From contig JBFMAF010000010.1 in NCBI GenBank assembly GCA_040755995.1, positions 160,001-224,000 on the forward strand: a stretch of 64,000 nucleotides of DNA. Reading direction: 5' to 3'. Under the pieces are notes generated by a model. It saw only the letters and a program-made list of their open reading frames with translations, searched no databases and had not been told where the DNA came from. The DNA is from Acidobacteriota bacterium. GTDB taxonomy: Bacteria > Acidobacteriota > CAIWXX01. Position numbers and translations under genes: made by a program. This document shows, piece by piece, positions 46,285 through 55,524 of this stretch (its first letter is position 1; the number at the start of each line of letters is the position of its first letter).

Positions 46285-47997
46285 ATGAGATATGTGGGAG
46301 TGCGGCCTGAGAGCCGGAGAAGCTCGGTCTCTCCAGTCTGCAATCAATGGGATGCGGGCAAGTGGAACCCTCAACGGTACCGCATCGGGGCGTTCTTGGC
46401 GAGGCATGCAGCCGCGGGGCTCGCGGTCCTGGTCCTGGGCGCACCTGCCTGGTCCGGAGTGCTTTCGCCTCCCGTGCTGGTCGTGCCGCCGGAGAACCTT
46501 ACAGGACGGGCGGAATACGACTGGATCGGACAGAGCGTTGCCCGATACCTGTCTCACAGCCTGCTCCCTCTTCTGCACGTGGCTGCGATATCCTCCGACG
46601 CCCGTGCGTCGGGCTACGATTCGATCGACATTCCCGAGACAAGCGCAATCACTCGCGCGACGCTGATACGGCTCGCCACGGCACTGAGGGCTCCGTCGGC
46701 TCTATTCGGCCACTATGATCTGGTTGAGGACGGCAGCCTCGAGGTGACGGTGTACCCGTTCGATGTCGAACGGATGTCGTTGGGACGGGGAATCGCCGTC
46801 AAGGGGAAGCTGGAGGAGCTGATCTCGATCGAGAATACGATCGGATTCAGCCTGGTGAGCGACTACTTCGTCGACCCGGATCACCTCAAGGCACAGATTC
46901 TGGGGCGCGATGCGCAGACGCCAATCGAGGCCTATGAGTACTTCGTCAAGAGCTTCGGCCAATCGGATCCCGAGAAGAGGCAGCGCTACTTGCTCAAGGC
47001 CGTCTCGCTCTACCCTCACTACGACGAAGCGATCCTCGAGGAGGCGCGCATCTTGTATCTGCGCCGTGACTACGTGGGTGTCGTAAGGCTGCTTGGCAAC
47101 TCGAGCGCGGCGTTCGCCGACCGTTTTGCGTACGTGAAAGGAATGGCCTACTACTCGCAGTCCTCTTATGCCGATGCCGCGGCTGCCTTCAAGACGCTGG
47201 TCGGGAAATCTGGACTCGGGGATGCGGCGTTAAACAACTACGCCGCCTCGTGTTCGGAGCTGGGCAGGCAGGATGAGGCGTCCTTCTACCTCCGTGGCGC
47301 GATCCAACAGGCTTCCAGCCAGGCGATACTCCGCTACAACCTCGGCATTGTCTACAAGAGAGCCGGGCGCACCGATGAGGCGATGGCTGCTCTAAAGGAG
47401 GCGGCGCGGATCGATCCCGGCGATTGGGATGCGCAGGTGCTGCTTGCCGACCTGCTCGCCCAGCAGGGACTGAAGGAGGAGGCGGAGGCCGTGCGCGCGC
47501 TTGCCGACAAGCGTTCGCATGCCGATCCTCCCCCGGAGATGCCATCCGAGCCGAAGGCTCTTTTCAGGTGCCGGCTGCTGCCGTTGCCCGATGAGCCCGA
47601 TTCACGGCCGGTAAGCCTGCCCTCGTCTGCTCCCCGCGAAGACGTGGTCAGCTTTCATCTGGCCCGCGGGAGCGAGTACTGTAAGCGGGAGATGTGGGTG
47701 GAGGCATCCGAGGAGCTCAGGAAGGTGCTGTATCTGAACCCATACCTCGGGCAGGCACGCTACCTCCTCGCCACGGCCTACATGGGCCTGGGTGACCTGG
47801 AGCATGCGCTCGTGGAAGCGAAGATGAGCCTTTGGAGCAACGAGAGTGCTGACGCGCACGCGCTGGCTGCGCATATCCTGAAGCGGATGGGGCGCGCTGG
47901 CGAGGCGAGGGCCGAAGCCGAAAAGGCGCTGCAGCTGGATCCCGCGCAGTCAGAGGCGCTGGAGCTGCTGGATGTGCCACAGGGAGGCGGAAAGTGA
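46285..47997 (+). CDS. Tetratricopeptide-repeat protein, probably exported
   Basis: Multiple TPR-like helices (YNLGIVY…EAARIDP; YLLATAY); true start probably downstream. Confidence 0.8.
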   Translation: MRYVGVRPESRRSSVSPVCNQWDAGKWNPQRYRIGAFLARHAAAGLAVLVLGAPAWSGVLSPPVLVVPPENLTGRAEYDWIGQSVARYLSHSLLPLLHVAAISSDARASGYDSIDIPETSAITRATLIRLATALRAPSALFGHYDLVEDGSLEVTVYPFDVERMSLGRGIAVKGKLEELISIENTIGFSLVSDYFVDPDHLKAQILGRDAQTPIEAYEYFVKSFGQSDPEKRQRYLLKAVSLYPHYDEAILEEARILYLRRDYVGVVRLLGNSSAAFADRFAYVKGMAYYSQSSYADAAAAFKTLVGKSGLGDAALNNYAASCSELGRQDEASFYLRGAIQQASSQAILRYNLGIVYKRAGRTDEAMAALKEAARIDPGDWDAQVLLADLLAQQGLKEEAEAVRALADKRSHADPPPEMPSEPKALFRCRLLPLPDEPDSRPVSLPSSAPREDVVSFHLARGSEYCKREMWVEASEELRKVLYLNPYLGQARYLLATAYMGLGDLEHALVEAKMSLWSNESADAHALAAHILKRMGRAGEARAEAEKALQLDPAQSEALELLDVPQGGGK

Positions 47998-48166
47998 ATG
48001 CCCGAAATCCACACCTTGCGGTTCGGATTTCGGCAATGCGAAATGCAAACTGCAAAGTGCAGAATGCAAGTTTCAGATTGCGAGTGCCTCGTGAGTGCGC
48101 TGGTTGGGCAGGGAGCCCGTTGCGACCTCTGAGCCAAGAGGCGGCGTGGCACGAGAAGAGGAGAAC

Positions 48167-49495
48167 ATGGCAAATCGATTCCCAAGAGGCCCGATGCGGG
48201 CCTTGACCCTGACCCTGGCCGGCACAATCGCATCGCTGTTTGCGGCAACTCTCCCTTTGTCGGCGGACATCATGGTCGCCGATGTGGCCGAGATCATCCA
48301 GCCGGTGACGGCCAGGTATATTGTCAACGCGATCGATCGGGCCGAGCAGCGCAATGCGCCGCTGCTGATCATCCGTTTGGACACCCCTGGCGGGCTCATG
48401 GATTCCATGCGTGCAATCGTGCAGCGGATGCTCGACTCCAAGGTCCCGATCGTTGTGTTTGTGAATCCGAGCGGTGCTCGAGCCGCCTCGGCCGGCTTCC
48501 TCATCACCATCTCCGCCGATGTTGCGGCCATGTCTCCCGGCACCAACATGGGAGCTGCGCACCCGGTGGGCGGCATGGGAGAGAAGCTGGACGAGATCAT
48601 GTCCAAGAAGGTCGAGGAGGACACGACTGCGTGGATCAAGTCGATCGTGGAGAAACGAGGCCGCAACGTCCAGCTCGCGGACAAGGCGGTGCGGGAGAGC
48701 AAGTCGTACACGGAGCGCGAGGCGGTCGAAGGCAAGCTTGCGGAGTACATCTGCAAAGATGTGGACGATCTGGTCACTCAGCTCAACGGCAAGACCGTGC
48801 GCCTGTTCGGCGGTCGTGAGGTGACGTTGCGTCTGTCGGGCCAGGCCGTGCACTGGATTCCGATGAGCGCGAAGGAGAAAGTGCTCAACTTCCTCGCTCA
48901 CCCGAACGTCGCCTACCTGCTTTTCATGGCCGCCCTGATCGGCCTATACTTCGAGTTCGCCAACCCCGGCGTAATCTTCCCGGGGGTGGCAGGAGGGATC
49001 TGCCTCGTGCTTGCCCTATTCGCGTTCGACATCCTGCCGATCTCGATCGCCGGGCTCGTGCTGATCCTGCTGGCCTTCGCGCTGTTCGTCGCGGAGGTGA
49101 AGATACAGAGCTTCGGCTTGTTGGGGATTGCCGGGGTCATCTCGCTGATCCTGGGCTCGATGATGCTGATCGACATGCCGGAGGCCTCGCTGCGAGTGCC
49201 GATCGGGCTGATCATCTGGGTCTCGCTGGGGATATCGGCCATCGTGATCTTCCTGCTGCGACTCGCGGTGAAGGCGATGAGGAGCAGGACCGTGACCGGG
49301 GAGGAGGGGCTGGTGGGTGAGATTGGAGAGGCGGCGATGGACCTGCACCCGGACGGCGCGAGCCCCGAGGGAAAGGTCCGCGTGCATGGAGAGTATTGGA
49401 ACGCCGTGACCGTGGAGGGTGACATCCCCCGCGGCACGCGTGTTGAGGTCGTCAATGTCCATGGCTTGCGCGTGAAGGTGAAGCGCAAGAACTGA
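48167..49495 (+). CDS. nfeD: NfeD-family membrane-bound ClpP-class protease
   Basis: [26 protein letters not shown]-terminal OB fold [12 protein letters not shown]. Confidence 0.93.
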   Translation: MANRFPRGPMRALTLTLAGTIASLFAATLPLSADIMVADVAEIIQPVTARYIVNAIDRAEQRNAPLLIIRLDTPGGLMDSMRAIVQRMLDSKVPIVVFVNPSGARAASAGFLITISADVAAMSPGTNMGAAHPVGGMGEKLDEIMSKKVEEDTTAWIKSIVEKRGRNVQLADKAVRESKSYTEREAVEGKLAEYICKDVDDLVTQLNGKTVRLFGGREVTLRLSGQAVHWIPMSAKEKVLNFLAHPNVAYLLFMAALIGLYFEFANPGVIFPGVAGGICLVLALFAFDILPISIAGLVLILLAFALFVAEVKIQSFGLLGIAGVISLILGSMMLIDMPEASLRVPIGLIIWVSLGISAIVIFLLRLAVKAMRSRTVTGEEGLVGEIGEAAMDLHPDGASPEGKVRVHGEYWNAVTVEGDIPRGTRVEVVNVHGLRVKVKRKN

Positions 49496-49512
49496 AGGAA
49501 AGGAGATCTACT

Positions 49513-50256
49513 ATGCCCGGTGGAGCAACGATTCTCGTTGGTATTGTCATCCTGTACCTGCTGAGTTCCATCAAAATCCTCTCGGAATACGAGAGGGGTG
49601 TCATTTTCAGGCTGGGGCGTCTGCTGCCGAAGGACAAGGGGCCCGGCCTGATCTTCGTGTTCGCTCCGATCGACCGCATTGTGCGGGTGAGCCTTCGGAC
49701 GATCGTAATGGACGTACCGCCTCAAGATATCATCACTCGGGACAACGTGTCGGTGAAGGTGAACGCCGTGGTCTATTTCCGCGTGATGATGCCCTTCAAG
49801 GCCATCGTGGAGGTCGAGAATTACATGTACGCGACCTCTCAGCTCGCCCAGACCACCTTGCGGAGCGTGCTGGGCCAGGCGGAGCTCGACGAGCTGCTGG
49901 CCGAACGCGAGAGGCTCAACGTCCGGTTGCAATCGATCCTCGACCAGCACACCGACCCCTGGGGCATCAAGGTGTCCTCGGTGGAGGTCAAACACGTGGA
50001 TCTCCCGACCGAAATGCAGCGCGCGATGGCGAAGCAGGCCGAGGCGGAGCGCGAGAAGCGCGCCAAGATCATCCACGCCGAGGGCGAGTTCACGGCGTCG
50101 CAGAAGTTGATGGAGGCCGCGGATGTGATCTCCAAGAACCCGACCACCATCCAGCTCCGGTACCTCCAAACCCTGACCGAGATCGCCACCGAGAAGAACT
50201 CGACCATCGTCTTCCCGCTGCCGATTGACATGCTGAAAGGGATCTTCCTCAAGTAG
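49513..50256 (+). CDS. SPFH/band-7 (slipin/stomatin) protein
   Basis: [40 protein letters not shown]. Confidence 0.95.
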   Translation: MPGGATILVGIVILYLLSSIKILSEYERGVIFRLGRLLPKDKGPGLIFVFAPIDRIVRVSLRTIVMDVPPQDIITRDNVSVKVNAVVYFRVMMPFKAIVEVENYMYATSQLAQTTLRSVLGQAELDELLAERERLNVRLQSILDQHTDPWGIKVSSVEVKHVDLPTEMQRAMAKQAEAEREKRAKIIHAEGEFTASQKLMEAADVISKNPTTIQLRYLQTLTEIATEKNSTIVFPLPIDMLKGIFLK

Positions 50257-50391
50257 GGGGAGCGAGGCGCGGGTCGGACAACGGTTCGACGACAGGTGTG
50301 GACGACCGCAGAGCCGCCGTTTTGTGGTAGGATGGGTCAGCCGACAGGGAGCTTCATCTGACGCAGGCGTATCTGAAGTGCGAGGCAGGAC

Positions 50392-50967
50392 ATGACTGAC
50401 TGGAGTGAGACCGGGTATCACGAAATCCGGTTGGAACAGCGCCAGCTGGCGGTGGTGTTCTTCATCGCCGCGGGGATCGGGATCGTGCTATTCCTTCTCG
50501 GGGTAATGGTGGGGAGGAAGAGCGCCGGAGCCAGCTCGCCGGTGCCCGCGACGGTGGAGAAGGTGGAGGCGGCGCAGCCCAAGCCGATGGAGAAGGAGCC
50601 CGCGGCGAGCTTCTTCGAGAAGACGGGAAAGCCCGAGGTTCCTGAGACCGGCAAGCGGCCGGCGGAGGATGTGGCTTCCGCAGCGCCTTCTGCACCTCCC
50701 ACAGCCGATGTGAAGCCCCAGCCGGCGAAGAGTACGGGACACACCTATTCCCTGCAGGCCGGCGCGTTCAGCACCGAGGCGAACGCGAAGAAGGCGGCGC
50801 AGGAGATGGAAAAGGCCGGCTACCCGATCCGCATATTGGCGCCGGGCGACAAGGACAAGAAGAAGCTCTACCGCGTCTTCGTAGGCGAGTTCGCGACCCG
50901 CGACGAGGTGATGGCAGCCAAGAAGCGGATGGAAGAGATGGGATTCAAGAATCTAGTGCCGAAGTAG
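50392..50967 (+). CDS. SPOR-domain membrane protein (DedD/FtsN-like)
   Basis: TM segment, Pro/Lys linker, YSLQAGAFS…YRVFVGEF. Confidence 0.88.
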   Translation: MTDWSETGYHEIRLEQRQLAVVFFIAAGIGIVLFLLGVMVGRKSAGASSPVPATVEKVEAAQPKPMEKEPAASFFEKTGKPEVPETGKRPAEDVASAAPSAPPTADVKPQPAKSTGHTYSLQAGAFSTEANAKKAAQEMEKAGYPIRILAPGDKDKKKLYRVFVGEFATRDEVMAAKKRMEEMGFKNLVPK

Positions 50968-51126
50968 GAGCCTCGCGGAACCGATGTACCGAAGTGCTAC
51001 CGGCTTGGGTCGAATCGAATCACCGCCGGCAAGGGCCGGCCGCCGCATCCGCCGCGTCGCGGAGAGCATCGAAGCAGCCGCGGCCCACGGGCGACTCGCC
51101 CCGCTGCGCCGTCGTGGAAGGATCAC

Positions 51127-52866
51127 GTGATGGCAGGAATCGGAGCCGAGCGTGCTGCGCCTCTCCCCGACGCAACCCTGCTGAAGTTCCTCGTCGAGCA
51201 GGGCCTCGTCCGCCGTGAAGATGCCGAGCGGGTTCGTGGCGAGGAGGAGACGCATGGGGGCGGGATCTTCTTCAACCTGCTCAAGCTCAAGCTCGTCACA
51301 GCTCCGAAGTTGTTCAACTTTGTCGAGGAGAAGCTGGGGCTGCTTTACACCCTGGCCGAGGACAAGGCGCTGGATTCGACCCTTCTCGAGCTGATTCCCG
51401 CCAATATCGCGCAGTTCTACAAGATCGTTCCGCTGCGGCTGGACGACAACACCCTGACGATCGCGGCGGCGGCTGTGAGCTCCTTCCAGTTGATTCCGGC
51501 GCTGGAGGAGATCACCGGGTACAAGATCCGTATCATGGTCGCGCATCCCGTGACGTTGAGCCGGGCGCTTGATCGCTACTACAGCCCGAAGGCGGATCCC
51601 GGCGTTTTCGAGTCGGGCTCCGGTGAACGCGTCTTCGTGATCAAGGACGAAGAGAAGCAGGTGCGGCCGGTGAATCCCCAGCTGCTCACCGACGGCTCCG
51701 CCCCGGCTGACTGGCTGAGGACGATCCTGGCCGAGGCGGTCATCAAGAAGAGCCGCCACCTGTACTTCCGCCATGCCGAGCAGAGCGTGAACGTTGTCTT
51801 CGTGAGGGAGGGGGAGCCGGAGGTAGAGTTTCGCCTGGCGCCTGCCCTGTATCAGTCCATCGCCACGTTCATTGATCATCTGACAAGCGTCGGAGCGTTC
51901 GACGTAGAGGCGCCGTACGAGCGCCGGATGAGGGCCAAGGTCAACGAGCGCATCATGAACGTGCAAGTCTGCTCGGCGCCGATCGCAGACGGCCGCACGA
52001 TCTCGATCGAGCTCTACGATCAGAAGAGTTTCGAGCACCTGTTCGAGGGCCTCTTCAACACGCGGATCGGCGAGGACGTGTTCATTCGCAAGGTCATCGA
52101 GCACAGAAAAGGGCTGCTGCTGACAGCTGCGTCGCCCACGGCGTCGAGAAAGCTCGTCCTTTACAGCCTCATGGGCGATGCGCTCAAGAAACCTCCCAGC
52201 GTCTTCACGCTCGAGGAGTCGATCTACTACGCCCTGCCGGGTGTCCATCAGATATCGTTCGCGGGGGCCGAGCCGAAGGTTTTCTCGCGACAGCTCGAAA
52301 CGGCTCTCCGGCAGCGCCCCGACCTTCTGATCATCGATGCGATACACGACGCGGCCGCAATGGAGCTGGCGCTTCTGAGCAGCAGCCGGTGTGCCGTGGT
52401 GGCCGCTCTCACCTCTCCGGACGTGTACTCCACGCTGCGATGGCTCGATCTGAACGGGTTCCGATCCGCTCTGAAAGCGCGACTCATCCCGGCATTCCTG
52501 CAGGTGGCGGCTCTGGGCAGGGTCTGCAGGCATTGCCGCGCCGACTACACGCTGAGCGAGGAAGAGGTCGCCCGTTGCGCGCTGGGCGAGTACCGGCGAT
52601 TCGTGTTCTACCACAATGCCGGGTGTCCGGCCTGCAGGGAAGGCGGGCTGCAGCAGGAGGAGCTGATCTGCGAGCTGGTGCCGGTCGACGAGCACACGCT
52701 GGAGCTCGCGGAGAAGGTGGGCAAGGACACGACCGGGCGCGCCACGCCGAGGACAGTGTACACACACCCGCCTTTCCCCACACTCTTGCAGAAGGGAGTG
52801 TCGCTGGCGGCAGCCGGCAAGGTGGATATCAAGGACGTGCTCGACAAGTGCGCCTTTCTTGTCTGA
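51127..52866 (+). CDS. PilB/GspE-family protein with degenerate ATPase motifs
   Basis: T2SSE_N-like domain, FTLEESIYY, LRQRPD, CRHC…GCPAC Zn motif; Walker A/B and His box altered; start 51127 or 51129 region. Confidence 0.8.
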   Translation: MMAGIGAERAAPLPDATLLKFLVEQGLVRREDAERVRGEEETHGGGIFFNLLKLKLVTAPKLFNFVEEKLGLLYTLAEDKALDSTLLELIPANIAQFYKIVPLRLDDNTLTIAAAAVSSFQLIPALEEITGYKIRIMVAHPVTLSRALDRYYSPKADPGVFESGSGERVFVIKDEEKQVRPVNPQLLTDGSAPADWLRTILAEAVIKKSRHLYFRHAEQSVNVVFVREGEPEVEFRLAPALYQSIATFIDHLTSVGAFDVEAPYERRMRAKVNERIMNVQVCSAPIADGRTISIELYDQKSFEHLFEGLFNTRIGEDVFIRKVIEHRKGLLLTAASPTASRKLVLYSLMGDALKKPPSVFTLEESIYYALPGVHQISFAGAEPKVFSRQLETALRQRPDLLIIDAIHDAAAMELALLSSSRCAVVAALTSPDVYSTLRWLDLNGFRSALKARLIPAFLQVAALGRVCRHCRADYTLSEEEVARCALGEYRRFVFYHNAGCPACREGGLQQEELICELVPVDEHTLELAEKVGKDTTGRATPRTVYTHPPFPTLLQKGVSLAAAGKVDIKDVLDKCAFLV

Positions 52867-52873
52867 ACGATAG

Positions 52874-52936
52874 CTATACAGCGCGTCACGGTCTCGACGT
52901 GTTGAATCTGTTGTGGACTTAGGACGCGCTGTATAG
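52874..52936. repeat. Inverted-repeat-bounded short element, copy B
   Basis: Perfect 14-bp IR ctatacagcgcgtc / gacgcgctgtatag. Confidence 0.7.
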
Positions 52937-54442
52937 TTGGCACCAAGAGTGGACGCGCTGAGCTCGCGGACATCCGCTTGGATCTCGGTCTCCATGGGAG
53001 CGCTCTCCGGCGCGCTGATGGCGGCGTCGATGCCGCCTTTGCCTACGGGCCTCGTTGCCTTCGTCAGCCTCGTACCGCTGCTTGCAGCCGTCGCGCGTGC
53101 CCACCGGCCGGTCCACGCCGCTCTCTCGGGCCTCGCATGCGGCAGCGTGTTCTTCGCGGGCTGCACCTATTGGGTGGCGCTTGTGCTCACCAACTACGGC
53201 CGCGTGTCGATGCTCGTCGCAGTTCTTGTGACGATGCTGTTCGTGCTGTACCTGGCTCTTTTCCCGATGATTTTCGCCTGGGCGGTCCGTCGAGTGAAGG
53301 ACCGATGGGCTGCGATCTGGCTCGGGCTCGCTCCGTTCGTCTGGGTCGGAACGGAGCATCTGCGCACCTGGCTGTTCACCGGTTTTCCATGGTGTCTGCT
53401 CGGCTACAGCCAGGCGTCCCTCCTGCCCGTGGCGCAGGTGGCGAGTCTTGGCGGAGTATACGCAGTGTCGTTGCTGGCGGCCATGGTATCGGCAGGCCTC
53501 TTCGCCCTCTACAATCGCCAAGTCGGCCTCGGCGCGTGTGCAATCGCGGGGGTCGCCCTGTTCGCGGCCTGGGGCCGACTGCAGCTGTCTTCATACCCCG
53601 CGGCGGGGTCGTCTCTTCGCATAGGAGTCGTACAACCGTGCGCGCCGCCGGTGCTGGCGAGTCTCGAGGAGACGGCGGCATCGATGGATCGGCACGTACG
53701 GCTGACGCGAGAGATACCGAGTGCGGACCTGATCGTGTGGCCGGAGAATTCGCTGGTGCGCGACGTCAGCCAGTTCAGGTTCTTCCGCGAGAACATACGC
53801 GCCGCGGCCTCAGGCGCGCGTGCGCCGATTCTGGTGAACTCGATCGAGGAGGTCGGTCCGGACGTCTACAACAGTTCGGTTCTCGTCTCGCCGGCCAACG
53901 AAGAGTATCCGCGCTACGACAAGATGCACCTGGTGCCGTTTGGCGAGTACGTCCCGCTGAAGTCGGTATTGCGCTTCGCGGGGAAGGTGCTGCAGGAGGT
54001 GTCGGATTTCTCGCCTGGACAGCGGCGGGTGCTGTTCGAGGTTGCTGGCGCCCGTTTCGCATGCGCGATCTGCTACGAGATCATCTATCCGGGCGAAGTC
54101 GCCGCATTCGTGCGGGACGGCGCCGTGTTTCTTGTCACGCAATCGAATGACAGCTGGTACGGCAACACGGTGATGCCTCCGCAGCACAACGCGATGGCGG
54201 CGTTCCGCGCGATCGAGAACCGTCGCTACCTGGTGCGCGCGACCAACTCCGGGATCAGCAGCGTAGTTGACCCCGCCGGCCGCGTAGTGACCAGCACAAG
54301 ACTCGGCGATGCGACCGCATTCGCGGCGGAGGTCAGGCCGTCGCGCGAGTTCTCTCCGTACACCCGCTCGCACGACGCATTCGCGTGGGCGTGCCTGGCG
54401 CTTTCTCTCGCCGCCCTCGCAGCCACCTTCCTGCGGTTGTGA
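52937..54442 (+). CDS. lnt: Apolipoprotein N-acyltransferase
   Basis: TGFPW, VWPEN, YDKMHLVPFGEY, ICYEI, SNDSWY; start uncertain. Confidence 0.95.
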   Translation: MAPRVDALSSRTSAWISVSMGALSGALMAASMPPLPTGLVAFVSLVPLLAAVARAHRPVHAALSGLACGSVFFAGCTYWVALVLTNYGRVSMLVAVLVTMLFVLYLALFPMIFAWAVRRVKDRWAAIWLGLAPFVWVGTEHLRTWLFTGFPWCLLGYSQASLLPVAQVASLGGVYAVSLLAAMVSAGLFALYNRQVGLGACAIAGVALFAAWGRLQLSSYPAAGSSLRIGVVQPCAPPVLASLEETAASMDRHVRLTREIPSADLIVWPENSLVRDVSQFRFFRENIRAAASGARAPILVNSIEEVGPDVYNSSVLVSPANEEYPRYDKMHLVPFGEYVPLKSVLRFAGKVLQEVSDFSPGQRRVLFEVAGARFACAICYEIIYPGEVAAFVRDGAVFLVTQSNDSWYGNTVMPPQHNAMAAFRAIENRRYLVRATNSGISSVVDPAGRVVTSTRLGDATAFAAEVRPSREFSPYTRSHDAFAWACLALSLAALAATFLRL

Positions 54443-54608
54443 ACGGGGGAGTCGCTGCTGCCGGGGGCGCGCGGGCCTGCGCGAGCGTCTCTCGGCCGTC
54501 TTGCGATGATAGCAGTCTATGAGGCCTATGGGAATCGGATCTCCCTTAGTCGCGCTATCCGCGAAAGGCGCCTGGTCCGAGGCGGCGAACCCAGAGCAGG
54601 TGGCAAAG

Positions 54609-54645
54609 TTGACATCATGGTGTCATCAGACTAACATTATGATGT
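54609..54645 (+). promoter_or_regulatory. vapBC promoter TTGACA-N17-TAACAT with two ACATCATGATGT-like operators
   Basis: -35 at 54609-54614, -10 at 54632-54637; palindromes at 54610-54625 and 54634-54645. Confidence 0.7.
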
Positions 54646-54660
54646 AGTAGGAGAGGGGAT

Positions 54661-54900
54661 ATGGTTCGCACACAGGTTCTCCTGCGGCCGGAGCAGCATC
54701 GGGCTCTCAAGGAAATGGGCCACCGGAAGGGCATCTCGATGGCCGAGGTTCTGCGGATCCTCGTGGACGAGGCTCTTCATGAGGAGGAGTCCCCGTCGCG
54801 CGGAGAAGATCCGCTCGGCGTCGCCGGGAAGTACAGTAGCGGACGGCGCGATATTTCGGTTCGGCACGACGAGTATCTCGAGGCGGACTTCCGGAAATGA
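54661..54900 (+). CDS. vapB: Ribbon-helix-helix (CopG-like) antitoxin
   Basis: MVRTQVLL…GISMAEVLRILVD…DISVRHDEYL; ATGA overlap with the PIN gene. Confidence 0.88.
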   Translation: MVRTQVLLRPEQHRALKEMGHRKGISMAEVLRILVDEALHEEESPSRGEDPLGVAGKYSSGRRDISVRHDEYLEADFRK

Positions 54901-55340
54901 GGGTCTTCGCCGATACATCAGGGTTGTACGCGGTGCTCGACCGGGACGACCGGTTCCATGACGACGCTGTGGAGGTCTGGAGAGGGGTCGTCAAAGGAGG
55001 CCGCAAGATGCTCACATCCTCCTACGTCCTCGTCGAATGCAGTGCATTGGTCCAGAGACGGCTGGGGATGGATGCCCTCCGCGATCTTCTCTCCGTGATG
55101 ACGCGCGTGGTGAAGGTGCGGCCGGTTAGCGCACGGACGCACCAGGTTGCCGTGAGGCTGCTCCTGCAGGAGAACCGGCGGGACCTGAGCCTGGTGGACT
55201 GCGTCAGTTTCGGCGTGATGCATGACCTCGGCCTGCGGCACGCATTCGCGTTCGACCCCCATTTCGAGCGATTCGGGTTCATTCAGCTCAGGGCTTCGGC
55301 ACTCCGCTCCGCTTCCGGACCTCGTGCCCCGTCGCCTTGA
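54897..55340 (+). CDS. vapC: PIN-domain toxin
   Basis: VFADTS, VLVE, SLVDCVSF, AFDPHF. Confidence 0.9.
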   Translation: MRVFADTSGLYAVLDRDDRFHDDAVEVWRGVVKGGRKMLTSSYVLVECSALVQRRLGMDALRDLLSVMTRVVKVRPVSARTHQVAVRLLLQENRRDLSLVDCVSFGVMHDLGLRHAFAFDPHFERFGFIQLRASALRSASGPRAPSP

Positions 55341-55364
55341 ACCCACCTGCTGCCGGATTGAGCG

Positions 55365-55500
55365 CCTTTTTCTTCATGTACTTCCAGTTGTGAGGTTTTC
55401 CTTCCACCATCCATTCAACGGCCGTGGCGAGACGTTTTTGCGTGTCGCCGCCGTTCTTGCCTCCGTAGTCCATTCAACATGCTCCCGCTTATGACTCGGT
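55365..55500 (-). pseudogene. Frameshifted C-terminal remnant of a YdeI/OmpD-associated-family gene
   Basis: PSHKREHVEWTTEARTAATR | KRLATAVEWMVEGKPHNWKYMKK across two frames. Confidence 0.6.
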
Positions 55501-55524
55501 GGGCTCCTGAGCCCGCCGAGCCGA

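Noticed and set aside
50953..53166. 737-aa minus-strand ORF
   Set aside because: Antisense shadow of the PilB-like gene.
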